DNA from: Chloroflexota bacterium
Lineage (GTDB): Bacteria > Chloroflexota > UBA6077 > SHYK01
Assembly: GCA_009692845.1 (NCBI GenBank)
Contig: SHYK01000003.1
Location: 3,956 to 67,955, forward strand
Direction of reading: 5' to 3'
DNA: 64,000 nt
Shown here: positions 1-10,003 of the stretch, one piece after another
How positions within the stretch are numbered: the first letter of the stretch is position 1
Layout of the letters: every line of letters begins with the position of its first letter
The notes under the pieces: model-generated
What the model saw: the letters and a program-made list of their open reading frames with translations, nothing else
What the model was told of the DNA's origin: nothing
Databases searched by the model: none
Position numbers and translations under genes: made by a program

Positions 1-968
1 ACCCCCAGGTCATCACTGCGCGCCTCCTCTCCGGTGCCATAGACATGGTCCCACCGGGAACCACGATCAAGCCCGAGCAAATGGTCCAGATCAAGCAGCA
101 GTGGGGACCGGACGGCGGCGTGGCGGTCGCGGCGCCCAACGACCTGCGGGTCCTGCACATCAACGAGCGCGACCAGAGCAAGCCGTGGGCGACCGACCCG
201 CGGTTCAGACAGGCCATGCTGCTCTCGATCAATCGGCCCGATCTTGCCCAGGTGCTCCAGTATGGGTTCATCGAGGTCTCCTACTTCTTCGGATTCCCCA
301 AGGATCCCACCTACAAGATGGCCCTGGACCGCAAGGTGGACAAATGGGACTACGATCCTAAGCGGGCTGCCCAGCTGTTCTCTGCGGCTGGCTGGAATAA
401 GGGCTCGGATGGGCTGCTCCACAACGCGGCCGGGCAGGTAGTCCCCACCTTCACCTGCTGCCGACTGGCCTCGAACCAGGACTCGAATGACATCCGTGAG
501 AGCCTGGCGATCGGCACGGGTCTAAAGGAACAGGGAGTGGATGCCCAACATCCAGTGCCTGACGCTCCGGCCGCCATGGCGGCCGCCGATGCCCGGAAGT
601 TCCGGGCGCTCAGCGACACCGGCGCGACGTTTGGCAACTATCGGGTCGTTGCCGACCAGCACTGGGCAAGCTTCGTAGCGGTGCAAATTCCGACCGAAGA
701 GAACAAGTGGCAGGGGCTCAATTCGGCGATCTGGCAGGACGCGAAGTACGAGGATCTGTTCTCGAAGGCGCAGAGCACGCTGAACTTCAGTCAGCGCACC
801 GACATCCAGTTCCAGATGCTTCAGATCATGATGGACCAGCTGCCCGCGCTGCCGACCTACTACAATCCGCTCGGGTTGGTCTACCGCAAGGGCGTTACCG
901 GCGTCGGTACGGGCATCCCGCTAAATCGGGGCATCATGTGGAACATTGAGACCTGGGACATCCAGTAG
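1..968 (+). CDS. ABC transporter substrate-binding protein, family 5 (peptide/nickel type), C-terminal part; 5' end lies off-window
   Basis: The frame of ORF 45..968 stays open back to nt 3 (PQVITARLLSGAIDMVPPG...), so the gene enters from the left edge. The translation has SBP family-5-like segments (DPRFRQAMLLSINRPDLAQVL, LPALPTYYNP). Confidence 0.6.
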   Translation, partial: PQVITARLLSGAIDMVPPGTTIKPEQMVQIKQQWGPDGGVAVAAPNDLRVLHINERDQSKPWATDPRFRQAMLLSINRPDLAQVLQYGFIEVSYFFGFPKDPTYKMALDRKVDKWDYDPKRAAQLFSAAGWNKGSDGLLHNAAGQVVPTFTCCRLASNQDSNDIRESLAIGTGLKEQGVDAQHPVPDAPAAMAAADARKFRALSDTGATFGNYRVVADQHWASFVAVQIPTEENKWQGLNSAIWQDAKYEDLFSKAQSTLNFSQRTDIQFQMLQIMMDQLPALPTYYNPLGLVYRKGVTGVGTGIPLNRGIMWNIETWDIQ

Positions 969-1080
969 CTTATCGGTATCATGCAGCACACGGGGCAAGG
1001 GGGGGATTCAGACTCCCTAGCCGTGCCGCGTCCGTAGTCTTCGGCAACAGGGATTCATCCAAAAGGAGAGGAGTTCCAGA

Positions 1081-2079
1081 ATGGCTAAGTTCGTAGGTAG
1101 CTTCATGCATTCCCACGGTGGGACCACGTCAATGCCGGGCGAGCTCTGGCGTGAGCGGAGGTTGACTCGCCCGATTCGCGAGGACACCCCGATCGAAGAT
1201 GACGAGACCAACATCAAGAAGGCCGAGCGCACGCACGAGGGCTTCCGGGTGCTGCGCGAAAAGATCAAGGAGCTCAAGACTGACGTAGTCGTGTGCTTCA
1301 GCGATGACCAACTCGAGTGCTTCGACTTCAATAACTATCCCGCTTTCGCGGTCTACGTGGGAGACAAGTTCCGCAAGAGCCCAGGCCGGGGTGGCGGGGG
1401 GCCGCCTGCCCCGCAGATGGGTCGGCACGTCGAGCCGGGACATTCGTTTAACGGCCACCCAGAGTTGGCAACCCACATCCTGTGCAACGTTATGAAGCAG
1501 GGGTTTGATCCGGCCTTCTGCATGGATATGCCGAAGCCAGATCGCGGGCTTGCCGGCGGAGTGATTCGGACAGCTGAGGAGATGCTCGAGGACTGGGAGA
1601 CGCCGGTCGTGCCAGTCATGATGAATCTCTACTTTGCGCCGCAACCGACGGGCTATCGCTGCTACCAATTTGGCAAGGCGGTGAGGAAGGCAATCGACGA
1701 GTTCCCCGGAGACTTGCGAGTTGCGACCGTCGGATCCGGCGGACTCTGGCACACCCCAGGTGCCGAGCAGGCCTGGCTGGATGTCGATTTCGACCACAAG
1801 ACCATCGAACACCTGAAGGTGGGCGACATCAGGGGCATGGCCGCCCATCTCGACAGCTACGAGATCCCGGAGGGCGACATCAGCCAGGACGTCAGCAAGC
1901 CAAGCCGCAACGTAACTGGGATGCCTCAGCCCGGCGGGCCATCGATGGGTACCCGCGAGACCTGTGCGTGGATCGCTGCCGCAGCGGCGACGGACGGGTT
2001 GCCACATACCATCGTCGACTACATCGACGTATGGGCGTCCCCGGTGGGTAACGCCTTCGCCTACTGCGTCGCGCCATAG
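1081..2079 (+). CDS. LigB-family (class III) extradiol ring-cleavage dioxygenase-like protein
   Basis: 332-aa ORF. An RBS-like aaaggagagga lies upstream. The layout (DVVVCFSDDQLECFDFNNYPAFAVYVG ... VATVGSGGLWHTPG) resembles protocatechuate 4,5-dioxygenase / DODA-type enzymes. Confidence 0.55.
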   Translation: MAKFVGSFMHSHGGTTSMPGELWRERRLTRPIREDTPIEDDETNIKKAERTHEGFRVLREKIKELKTDVVVCFSDDQLECFDFNNYPAFAVYVGDKFRKSPGRGGGGPPAPQMGRHVEPGHSFNGHPELATHILCNVMKQGFDPAFCMDMPKPDRGLAGGVIRTAEEMLEDWETPVVPVMMNLYFAPQPTGYRCYQFGKAVRKAIDEFPGDLRVATVGSGGLWHTPGAEQAWLDVDFDHKTIEHLKVGDIRGMAAHLDSYEIPEGDISQDVSKPSRNVTGMPQPGGPSMGTRETCAWIAAAAATDGLPHTIVDYIDVWASPVGNAFAYCVAP

Positions 2080-2107
2080 GTTAACGCTCGCAAGACAGAC
2101 AAATGCC

Positions 2108-2147
2108 GAAAGTTGAGGGCCTCGAATTTTCGAGGCCCTCAACTTTC
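2108..2147 (+). terminator. Perfect 19-bp-stem hairpin downstream of the dioxygenase gene
   Basis: gaaagttgagggcctcgaa-tt-ttcgaggccctcaactttc, a perfect inverted repeat with a 2-nt centre, 29 nt after the stop codon. There is no long T tract. Confidence 0.55.
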
Positions 2148-2200
2148 TCCTTGGAAGCGTTGACCGTAAGGGCAGTTGAACCAGCGGAGGTTCTGAGCCG

Positions 2201-3124
2201 TTGAGCTCATGGCAGGCGGGGACCGCCGATTCGTATTTCCTGATCGTCAATCCGCGGTCGGGGACCACGCAACGCTTTGCCCGGATCGCCGCGGAGCTGC
2301 GGAAACGGGATGTCTCATTCTCGGCGGCGGCGACCACCGGCCCCGGCGATGCGCGATTGCTCGCGGAGTTGGCGCGCCAGGCGAATTTCCGGGCAGTGGT
2401 GTGCGTGGGCGGCGACGGAACGGTCAACGAAGTCGTGAATGGGCTATTTGCAGGTGGGGCAACCGATCCAGGCGTGCCGTTGGGGATCATTCCGCGAGGT
2501 ACGGCCCAGGATTTTGCGCGCGGCCTCGGCCTTCCCCTCGATATCGGGCCGGCGGTTGAGCGGCTGGTGCGCGGCGAAGAAGCCCGGGTGGACGTGGGAC
2601 GGATCCGGTTTGGAGATGGCCAAGTTCGCTTGTTTGTGAACGTCTTAGGAGTGGGTTTCGATGCGGAGGTTGCTGTCCGCGCGCGGGATGTGCGACCGGC
2701 GGTCGCCTCCCTCCCGGCCCACGTGTATGCTTTTGCCTCTACCTTTGCGGCGTATCAGAACAAGGAGATTTCGATCGTGCTGGATGGGGAGGAGTCCCAG
2801 GATTCCCGGTCTCGCTGCCTGGTCATCGCTGCGAACGGGCCCTACTACGCGAACGGAATGCGGATGGCCCCCGATGCCCGGATGGATGACGGCCTGCTCG
2901 ACGTTGTCGTGATCGGCGATGTGGACAAGCTGGACCTGCTGTGGAATTTGCCCAGGGCCTTCAGCGGCACGCATGTGGAGCACAGTGACGTTTCAGTCTA
3001 TCGGGTGCGGAGACTCACCCTCGATTCGCCGGAGGGGGGACTTGTCCAAGCCGATGGCGAAGTTGTCGGCGAGCTTCCGGCCGAAGTGGATCTATTGCCC
3101 GGGGCGCTTCGGGTAATCAGGTAG
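2201..3124 (+). CDS. Diacylglycerol kinase-family lipid kinase (YegS/BmrU-like), copy 1
   Basis: FLIVNPRSG at the N-terminus and the [13 protein letters not shown] nucleotide-binding motif. 307 aa, apparent TTG start. Confidence 0.75.
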   Translation: MSSWQAGTADSYFLIVNPRSGTTQRFARIAAELRKRDVSFSAAATTGPGDARLLAELARQANFRAVVCVGGDGTVNEVVNGLFAGGATDPGVPLGIIPRGTAQDFARGLGLPLDIGPAVERLVRGEEARVDVGRIRFGDGQVRLFVNVLGVGFDAEVAVRARDVRPAVASLPAHVYAFASTFAAYQNKEISIVLDGEESQDSRSRCLVIAANGPYYANGMRMAPDARMDDGLLDVVVIGDVDKLDLLWNLPRAFSGTHVEHSDVSVYRVRRLTLDSPEGGLVQADGEVVGELPAEVDLLPGALRVIR

Positions 3125-4832
3125 TAGGTTCGAGAACCAGCCCGATATTCCGGTACTTGGTAAATCGGTCGGCCAAGAGCGCTTCAACGTTGAGGTCGGC
3201 TCCCGTCCCATACGCATGGTCGAGCTTGCGGAGGGCGTGGACGAGTGCCCTCTGAACGTTCGCACCTGATGCCGCAAAATCCTCGTGGGCACCGCCGGCC
3301 GGTTCGGGAATAATCCCATCGGCGATTCCCGCCGAGACCAGGTCCTGGGCGGTGAGCTTCATAGCTACCGCGGCCTGGGGAGCCAGGGCGCTGTCGTTCC
3401 ACAGGATGGACGCGCATCCTTCCGGAGAGACCACCGAATAAGTCGCATTCTCTAGCATGAGCAGGCGGTCGGCGACCCCGATCGCCAGCGCCCCGCCGCT
3501 TCCGCCCTCGCCGATGACCAGACCAACCACCGGTACGGACAGTTCGGCCATTTCTGCCAGGTTCTGAGCAATGGCCCAGGCCTGCCCTCGTTCTTCGGCC
3601 TCGAGGGTGGGATCTGCTCCTGGCGTGTCGATGAAAGTAATGACCGGGAAACCAAATCTTTCGGCGTGGTGCATGAGCCGGAGAGCCTTCCGATATCCTT
3701 CAGGACGAGCCATTCCAAAGCGGCGATCCATCCGTTCCTGGGTCGTGCGGCCTTTCTGATGGCCCACCAGCACTACGGTACGTCCATCGAGCGAGCCGAT
3801 TCCCCCCACAATCGCCGGGTCGTCGCCGAACTGACGATCGCCGTGAAGCTCGACAAAGTCGGTCACCATCATGCCTATATAGTCGAGCGTGAACGGGCGA
3901 TTGGGATTGCGGGCGGTTTGTACCGTTTCCCAGGCGTCCCGGGCGCCCATCATCGATCCAGTACCGTTCGGTTCCACGGCAGGCGAGAGGGAACTGGCAC
4001 TCCCGCATTCCGAGCGGGGGTAGAGTCGGAGTAGCTTCCCAAGCGTCGAGCGCAGCTCGCGCCGATGCACCACCGCGTCGATCATGCCGTGCTTCAAGAG
4101 AAAGTCGGACCGCTGCGCATCGGGGGGAAGCTTCTGCCGGGTGGTTTGCTCGATGACCCTGGGGCCGGCGAAGCCGATCAGGGCGCCTGGCTCGGCGAGG
4201 ATGACGTCTCCGAGGCTGGCGAAGCTCGCCGTTACCCCGCCTGTGGTGGGGTCCGTCAACACCGAGAAGCAGGGTATCTGGGCTTTGGCGAGTCGCGCGA
4301 GGGCGGCGGACGTTTTGGCCATCTGCATGAGGGAATAGATCCCCTCGTGCATCCGAGCGCCGCCTGATGCGCTCACAAGGATCAAGGGATAGCCGTCCGA
4401 AGCGCTGCGTTCTGCCGCCCGCGCGATTTTCTCCCCGACGACCGATCCCATGCTGGCACCGAGGAAACCGAAGTCGCAAACCGCCAGCCGGACGGGATGG
4501 CCTTCGATTTCGCCTCGGCCGGCTACCATCGCGTCAAGGAGCCCGGTCTTTCGCTGGGTTTCGACCAGCTTGTCGGCGTAAGTCTGATCGAGGCTGACAA
4601 AGCCGAGCGGGTCGGTCGGCGCCAGGGCAACGTCCTCTTCATTCCAGGTGTCCTCGTCAAGCAGCATCTCGATGCGCCGTCGGGCGGGGACCCGTTCGTG
4701 GAAGTTGCATCGCGGGCAGGTGCGGAGGTTGTTGTCGAATTCGCGACGATAGATCAGGTCGTGGCAGCCGCCGCATCGAACCCAGAGATCATCGGGGGTT
4801 TGCCGCCGCCGATGAAAGAGTGTGTGCATCAA
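3117..4832 (-). CDS. accD/accA: Acetyl-CoA carboxylase carboxyltransferase, fused beta (AccD) + alpha (AccA) subunits
   Basis: The N-terminus carries the AccD zinc ribbon ([26 protein letters not shown]). Then come two crotonase-like CT halves in one 571-aa ORF ([14 protein letters not shown]..., later FIDTPGADP...[10 protein letters not shown]). Confidence 0.85.
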   Translation of the reverse strand: MMHTLFHRRRQTPDDLWVRCGGCHDLIYRREFDNNLRTCPRCNFHERVPARRRIEMLLDEDTWNEEDVALAPTDPLGFVSLDQTYADKLVETQRKTGLLDAMVAGRGEIEGHPVRLAVCDFGFLGASMGSVVGEKIARAAERSASDGYPLILVSASGGARMHEGIYSLMQMAKTSAALARLAKAQIPCFSVLTDPTTGGVTASFASLGDVILAEPGALIGFAGPRVIEQTTRQKLPPDAQRSDFLLKHGMIDAVVHRRELRSTLGKLLRLYPRSECGSASSLSPAVEPNGTGSMMGARDAWETVQTARNPNRPFTLDYIGMMVTDFVELHGDRQFGDDPAIVGGIGSLDGRTVVLVGHQKGRTTQERMDRRFGMARPEGYRKALRLMHHAERFGFPVITFIDTPGADPTLEAEERGQAWAIAQNLAEMAELSVPVVGLVIGEGGSGGALAIGVADRLLMLENATYSVVSPEGCASILWNDSALAPQAAVAMKLTAQDLVSAGIADGIIPEPAGGAHEDFAASGANVQRALVHALRKLDHAYGTGADLNVEALLADRFTKYRNIGLVLEPTT

Positions 4833-5100
4833 TCCTGCCTGGAGAGAATCTCGGATGAGCTCATCTACATTGGTGGGAGGTATCGGGCTACGGTTGGAAC
4901 GATCAAGGCGCCGAGCGATACGAGCAGAAGTAGGATGGTAGCGAGCTTATTCAATCGCATCCTTGCCGATTATGGGAGGCTGGCGAGGCTTGGTCAAGCC
5001 ATCGCTGCGCAGAGCGAGACTGGGAGACAATGCCGCCGCTATTTGTCTGCGTTCAACGGGAGGCCTATAGTCCGTCGAGGCTCAATAGTCCGGAGGTCAA

Positions 5101-5730
5101 GTGGAGGACATTTCCCGTTTCATCCTTGACCGGTTCGCCGCGCATATCAAGCGGTATCACACCACGCCGTTGCTGGGCCAGGAGTCGGTGGCAGAGCACA
5201 CCCATTTTGTAACGATGATCGCGCGCATCATTTGCCATGCGCTGCAGGAAGCGGGCAAACCCGTGGACGTGCTCAGGGCGGTTGATCTGGCGATGATCCA
5301 TGACTACGAAGAGGTGATTAGCGGAGACATTATCAGCACCTTCAAGCACTCCGATGCCGAGTTTTCGGAACTGCTGCATCGACTGACCGATAAAGCCATC
5401 GATCGGGTCTTCGAAGCGCTACCGTCGGGGCTGGCTGAATACTACGCCGACCTGTGGCGCACTCACGCGAACGGCGCGATTGAAGGTCAAATCGTCACAG
5501 TCGCTGATCGACTGGCGGGACTGGCGTTCGCACAGGAGCAGCTTCGGCTGGGAAACCAGTTTATGGAGCCAATTTACCATCGTTTTTCGGGGATCGTGAA
5601 CACCATTCCGTACCCGTGGTGGCCGTCGGTCCGGGATCGGCTTAGTGGTGGATTAACCGATGAGAAAGCGGATGTGATCGAAGGTCGAGCCTCTTGGCGT
5701 AATTCGGGAGCGGAGCTCCACACCTCCTAA
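5101..5730 (+). CDS. HD-domain phosphohydrolase (YfbR-like 5'-nucleotidase family)
   Basis: ESVAEHTHFV ... AMIHDYEEVISGDI gives the H...HD...D metal-binding pattern. 209 aa, GTG start. Confidence 0.65.
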   Translation: MEDISRFILDRFAAHIKRYHTTPLLGQESVAEHTHFVTMIARIICHALQEAGKPVDVLRAVDLAMIHDYEEVISGDIISTFKHSDAEFSELLHRLTDKAIDRVFEALPSGLAEYYADLWRTHANGAIEGQIVTVADRLAGLAFAQEQLRLGNQFMEPIYHRFSGIVNTIPYPWWPSVRDRLSGGLTDEKADVIEGRASWRNSGAELHTS

Positions 5731-5795
5731 GTCTAATCGGGGGCGGAGCCCCCTGAACCCATAAGTTTAATCGGGGGATCTGCCCCCGAACCCCC
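5728..5795 (+). repeat. Two tandem box-B copies of the dispersed post-stop GC-rich hairpin element
   Basis: The sequence runs taa-gtctaatcgggggcggagccccctgaaccc-ataa-gtttaatcgggggatctgcccccgaaccccc. It exactly fills the gap between the convergent stops of the HD gene and dnaE. Confidence 0.7.
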
Positions 5796-8700
5796 TTAAG
5801 CGGTCGCGAGAATGGCCTCCCGCACGCCGTCGGGGCCCAGCAATTGGCCGAGCGCTGCTTTGAGGTCATCTGTCCAGCCGACTCTGAGATGGTCGCCAAC
5901 CAGTCGATGGCGGCCGCGGGTTCCCTCGAAAACGATCACATATGGGACAGGACCGGGGGATTGACTTAGCAACCCGTGTAGTTTTTGGACCATGGTCCCA
6001 TCGACCGTGGAATCGCCGCTCTCTCTCACGACCAGGACGATGGACTCAGCGTCTCCCGCACCGGCCGAAGGGGAGGCCGCAATAGTTTGCGAGGTTAAGG
6101 CGCCATCCGGATAGGGCGGAGGTGGTGGCGTTTCTCGCACGCGGCTAGGCGTCGAAGGTGTCTGACTCGCCAGATCGTCGTAGCCCGTAGCCGGAGCATC
6201 CAATAGATGGCTCGGCGGCTCGTCGATAGGTGGTACCTCGTCTTCTACCGTCGTAAAGTCGTCGTCTGCTCGGCCGAGAGTGCCCGAAAAAGTGGCATCC
6301 TGAGCTTCAGTGAAGGATCTCCCGTCAAATGCCGGCGAGGAGCCGCCTGGTCGCCTCGGGGTGACAAGGTTGGGGGCGCGCTCGCTTCCCGCGCCAGATT
6401 CGCCCGTCTGCCACTCCCGAGCGGTCTGTACGAGGATCTCCGGAACGCCGCGGGTCTCCTCGTCGCTACCGGCACTATCCATGCGTCGGACTTCGACGCG
6501 CCCGGTCACGACCAAGATGGCGTCCTCCCGCCAGAGCGCGGGGTTGGCTGCATAGGTTCGGGGGAAAACCACCGCCTCAACCGAGCCGTGGAGATCTTCT
6601 ATCCGCGCGACCACCATGGTCTCCTGCTTTTTGGTGATGACCTTTCGAACCTGCATCACGGCTCCGGCCAGAATAACTCGCTCGCCGACCAGCTCCTCGC
6701 TCAGCTGGCTGGTGTTCACGTTGATATTGCTGGCGAGGTCCTTGGCGGCGGCCGCAAACGGGTGGCTGGTCAGATAGAAGCCAAAGGCTTCTTTTTCCCA
6801 GGCCAAGAGTTGTTGATCGGACGGGGCCGGGGCGTCAGTGAGATCAGCCGAGACACTCAGTCCCACATCCGCGCCGAACAAGCTGGCCTGACCGACTCCG
6901 GCCGCTTTCTGAATTTGCTGAGCCGCCGCGCTGGCTCGGTCGAGGCTGGCCAGGACCCGTTCTCGTGGCCCGAAGCCATCCAGCGCGCCCGCTTTGGTCA
7001 ATGCCTCCAGGGTGCGCTTGTTCACTGCGCGCAGGTCCAGCCGTTGGCACAGGTCATCAAGCGACTTGTAAGGGCCTCCCTGTACTCGTTCTTCGATCAG
7101 GCCTTTCGCAGCGCCATAGCCAACGTTCTTGATCGCGGCCAAGCCGAATCGGATACGACGGCGGGCGGGGCCCGCTTCCAAGGGGGAGCCGTCCGTCTGC
7201 GGGCTACCGGCAGCGTTGTGCCCCAGTAGGTCGGGGGGCGTGTCTTGCTCGACCGTGAAGCTCTCTACGCTTCGGTTGACGTCCGGAGGCAGCAGCGTCA
7301 AGTCGAGCCGGCGGCACTCCCCGCTCGCGGCGATGATTTTTTCGGTGTCGTCTGCCTGGGTGGTGAGCATCGCCGCCATGTATTCGGCCGGGTAGTTGCA
7401 TTTCAAGTAAGCCGTTTGATAGGCGATGTTGGCGTAACAATAGGCGTGCGCTCGGTTGAAGCCGTAGCCTGCGAAAGGCTCGATGTATTCCCAGATCTGC
7501 TGGGCGACTTCCTGGGTGAGCCCGTTTTGGGCTGCGCCCTCGATAAAATTGCCTCGCTCCTGCTCCATCTGAGCGCGGATCTTCTTCCCCATGGCGTTTC
7601 GGAGCACGTCGGCGTGGCCCAGAGTGAATCCGGCCACCGCTTGGACGATCTGGAGCACTTGATCCTGGAAAACCATCACGCCGTAAGTCGCTCGGAGGAT
7701 CGGCTCCAGCTTTGGGTGAAGGAAGGTGATCGGAGCGCGACCATCTTTGGCTGCCACGTAAGCCGGAATGTTGGCCATCGGGCCGGGCCGGTAGAGGGCG
7801 ACGATGGCCGCCAGATGATCGAGGGTCGTCGGCCGAAATTCACGGACGGTGCGCCGCATCCCGGCGCCTTCCATCTGGAACACGCCGGTGGTGTCGCCGT
7901 TCGCCAGCATCTCGAAGGTTTTTGGGTCGTTCTCGGGGAGGTTCCAAACATCGACCTGCTCGCCGCGCACCTCCTGGATCATCTTGATGGCGTTTTCGAG
8001 GAGGGTCAGGTTGGTCAGTCCGAGGAAGTCTTCTTTCAATAGACCGATATCCGCGACCGCGTGCATCTCGTATTGAGTCATGAGCAAGTTGTCCCCCTTG
8101 CCACCTCGCTGGAGAGGGACGTGGTGAACGAGGGGCTCGCCCGAGACCACGATGCCGGCTGCATGGGTAGAGGCGTGTCGGGAGATGCCTTCTACTTTGC
8201 GGGCGAGATCCACCAGGCGATGGATGGACGGCTCGTCCCGGTAGAGCTTGGCCAGTTCTTCGCTGGCGGCCAACGATTTATCGAGGGTCATACCCACCGG
8301 GATAGTAGGAATGAGCTTGGCCACCCGGTCGACCTCGGCGAGCGGATAGGCCAGGGCCCGGCCGACATCGCGGAGCGCGGCGCGAGCGAGCAGTCTTCCA
8401 AAAGTGATGATCTGGGCGACGTGATCGTGCCCGTAGCGCTGGGCGACGTATTCGATGACTTCGTCACGGCGAGAATCGGCAAAATCCATGTCTATGTCAG
8501 GCATCTGGATGCGCTCGGGATTCAGGAACCGCTCGAAAGTGAGTGCGTAGCGGATGGGATCGATGGTGGTGATCCCAATTACGTAGAGGATGAGGGAGCC
8601 GGCCGCCGAGCCGCGGGGACTGCAGAAGATCCCCTGTCGCCGAGCGTAATCGGTAAAGTCCCAAACGAACAGGATGTAGGCGGCGAAGCCGGTGGTCCGC

Positions 8701-9698
8701 ACCACGTCGAGCTCGTAGCGGAGCCGGTTCTCGATCTCGGGAGTCACCTGCTCGTAGCGCTTCGCCAGATTGTCCCAGCATAGACGGTTAAGGAAAGCAT
8801 CCGGCGGCTCGTCGTTCGGGATGAAGGGCAGCTTGGGGAAGTCCAGACGGCCGAAGTCCAATTCGAGCTCGCAACGCTCGGCGACGCGGAGGGTGTTCGT
8901 CAGGGCTTCGGGTGCTTCACTCCCAAAAAGCTGGTCCATCTCCTCGGGGCTCTTCAAATAATGCTCGCCGGTATACATACGCATTCGTTTTGGGTCATCG
9001 AACAGCGTATTGGTTTGGATGCACAGCAGAAGGTCTTGCGCCTCGGCATCTTCGCGTCGGGTGTAGTGAGAGTCGTTCGAGCAGACCAGCCGGAGGTCGA
9101 GCTCTTTCGCCATGATCAGTAGCTCTCGATTGATCCCCGGTTGGAAGTCGATTCCGTGGCTCTGAAGCTCAAGATAGTAGTCCTCCGGACCGAAGAGGTC
9201 TCGATAGAACGCGGCCGTTCGGCGGGCCGCAGCCATGTCTTCCTGACGGATAGCCCAGGGGACCTCTCCGGAGGCGCAACCGGATAGTGCGATCAATCCC
9301 TCTCGGTGGGCGATGAGCGCTTCATGGTCGATGCGCGGCTTGTAGTAAAAACCGTCTGTATGTGCCATGGAGACCAGGGCGAGGAGGTTCCGGTAGCCGG
9401 TGGCGTCCTTGGCCAAAAGAGTGAGATGGTTGGAGGAGCGATCCGCCGATTCTTTGTCGTTCATCCCGCGAGCGGCGATATAGGCTTCGACGCCGATGAT
9501 CGGCTTAATGCCGCGCTGGCGGGCGGCCTGGTAAAACTCGATGGCTCCATGCATCACCCCGTGGTCGGTCAGGGCAATGGCGCCCATGCCGTGCTTCGCG
9601 GCTTCTTCCACCAGCTCCTGGGGGCGGGATAGCCCATCCAGCAAAGAGTATTCCGAATGAACGTGCAGGTGGACGAACTCGGGGTGGGTCGCGATCAC
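5796..9698 (-). CDS. dnaE: DNA polymerase III alpha subunit
   Basis: The N-terminus is a PHP domain (FVHLHVHSEYSLLDG). Polymerase core motifs are present (MPDIDMDF, GLLKEDFLGL, FNRAHAYCYA). The 1300-aa product has a long Pro/Ser/Asp-rich linker before a small C-terminal domain. Confidence 0.95.
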   Translation of the reverse strand: MIATHPEFVHLHVHSEYSLLDGLSRPQELVEEAAKHGMGAIALTDHGVMHGAIEFYQAARQRGIKPIIGVEAYIAARGMNDKESADRSSNHLTLLAKDATGYRNLLALVSMAHTDGFYYKPRIDHEALIAHREGLIALSGCASGEVPWAIRQEDMAAARRTAAFYRDLFGPEDYYLELQSHGIDFQPGINRELLIMAKELDLRLVCSNDSHYTRREDAEAQDLLLCIQTNTLFDDPKRMRMYTGEHYLKSPEEMDQLFGSEAPEALTNTLRVAERCELELDFGRLDFPKLPFIPNDEPPDAFLNRLCWDNLAKRYEQVTPEIENRLRYELDVVRTTGFAAYILFVWDFTDYARRQGIFCSPRGSAAGSLILYVIGITTIDPIRYALTFERFLNPERIQMPDIDMDFADSRRDEVIEYVAQRYGHDHVAQIITFGRLLARAALRDVGRALAYPLAEVDRVAKLIPTIPVGMTLDKSLAASEELAKLYRDEPSIHRLVDLARKVEGISRHASTHAAGIVVSGEPLVHHVPLQRGGKGDNLLMTQYEMHAVADIGLLKEDFLGLTNLTLLENAIKMIQEVRGEQVDVWNLPENDPKTFEMLANGDTTGVFQMEGAGMRRTVREFRPTTLDHLAAIVALYRPGPMANIPAYVAAKDGRAPITFLHPKLEPILRATYGVMVFQDQVLQIVQAVAGFTLGHADVLRNAMGKKIRAQMEQERGNFIEGAAQNGLTQEVAQQIWEYIEPFAGYGFNRAHAYCYANIAYQTAYLKCNYPAEYMAAMLTTQADDTEKIIAASGECRRLDLTLLPPDVNRSVESFTVEQDTPPDLLGHNAAGSPQTDGSPLEAGPARRRIRFGLAAIKNVGYGAAKGLIEERVQGGPYKSLDDLCQRLDLRAVNKRTLEALTKAGALDGFGPRERVLASLDRASAAAQQIQKAAGVGQASLFGADVGLSVSADLTDAPAPSDQQLLAWEKEAFGFYLTSHPFAAAAKDLASNINVNTSQLSEELVGERVILAGAVMQVRKVITKKQETMVVARIEDLHGSVEAVVFPRTYAANPALWREDAILVVTGRVEVRRMDSAGSDEETRGVPEILVQTAREWQTGESGAGSERAPNLVTPRRPGGSSPAFDGRSFTEAQDATFSGTLGRADDDFTTVEDEVPPIDEPPSHLLDAPATGYDDLASQTPSTPSRVRETPPPPPYPDGALTSQTIAASPSAGAGDAESIVLVVRESGDSTVDGTMVQKLHGLLSQSPGPVPYVIVFEGTRGRHRLVGDHLRVGWTDDLKAALGQLLGPDGVREAILATA

Positions 9699-9826
9699 TT
9701 GGCCTCCGGACGATCAGATCCCGGGCTTCGCAGATTCCGGGCCACGGCAGATTCCGGGCTTCATCTTAGCGACCCAGCCAGCGACCGAGCCATTTGCCGG
9801 GCCGATCGGCCATGCCTGCCAGGAGT

Positions 9827-9840
9827 GGAACGCATGTTCC
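9827..9840. promoter_or_regulatory. Candidate LexA (Cheo-type) box in the dnaE / permease divergent region
   Basis: ggAACGCATGTTcc fits GAAC-N4-GTTC and is palindromic. It lies ~130 nt upstream of the dnaE start (9698) and ~165 nt upstream of the permease start (10004). Confidence 0.4.
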
Positions 9841-10003
9841 TGAGGTAATGAGTATATCGGGAGGAAAGGCCTCGACGAAATTTCCGAATCGGTGAGGCCG
9901 ACGGTGCGCGGCTATACTGGGACCGCCGTCCCAGCTAAATCAATCGCCAGGATTTCCACTGAGCGAAGACAACATCGGAGAGACCACGGTTATCCAGGGA
10001 CGG

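Noticed and set aside
1129-2490. A long (453 aa) minus-strand ORF overlapping the dioxygenase and lipid-kinase genes. Similar long antisense ORFs occur at 6207-7229, 8061-8783, 11982-13166, 18009-19631, 24913-25815, 31403-32356, 40835-42118 and 43851-44462.
   Set aside because: These are typical shadow ORFs of GC-rich DNA. Their translations are Arg/Pro/Gly/Ala-rich with no motifs, and each overlaps a gene on the other strand that has clear family signatures.
9721-9763. Short direct repeats (ccgggcttc twice, gcagattccgggc twice) in the dnaE leader, considered as iterons or a DnaA-box-like array.
   Set aside because: There are only two copies, with no resemblance to known DnaA or iteron consensus. 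They are mentioned only as context for the LexA-box finding.
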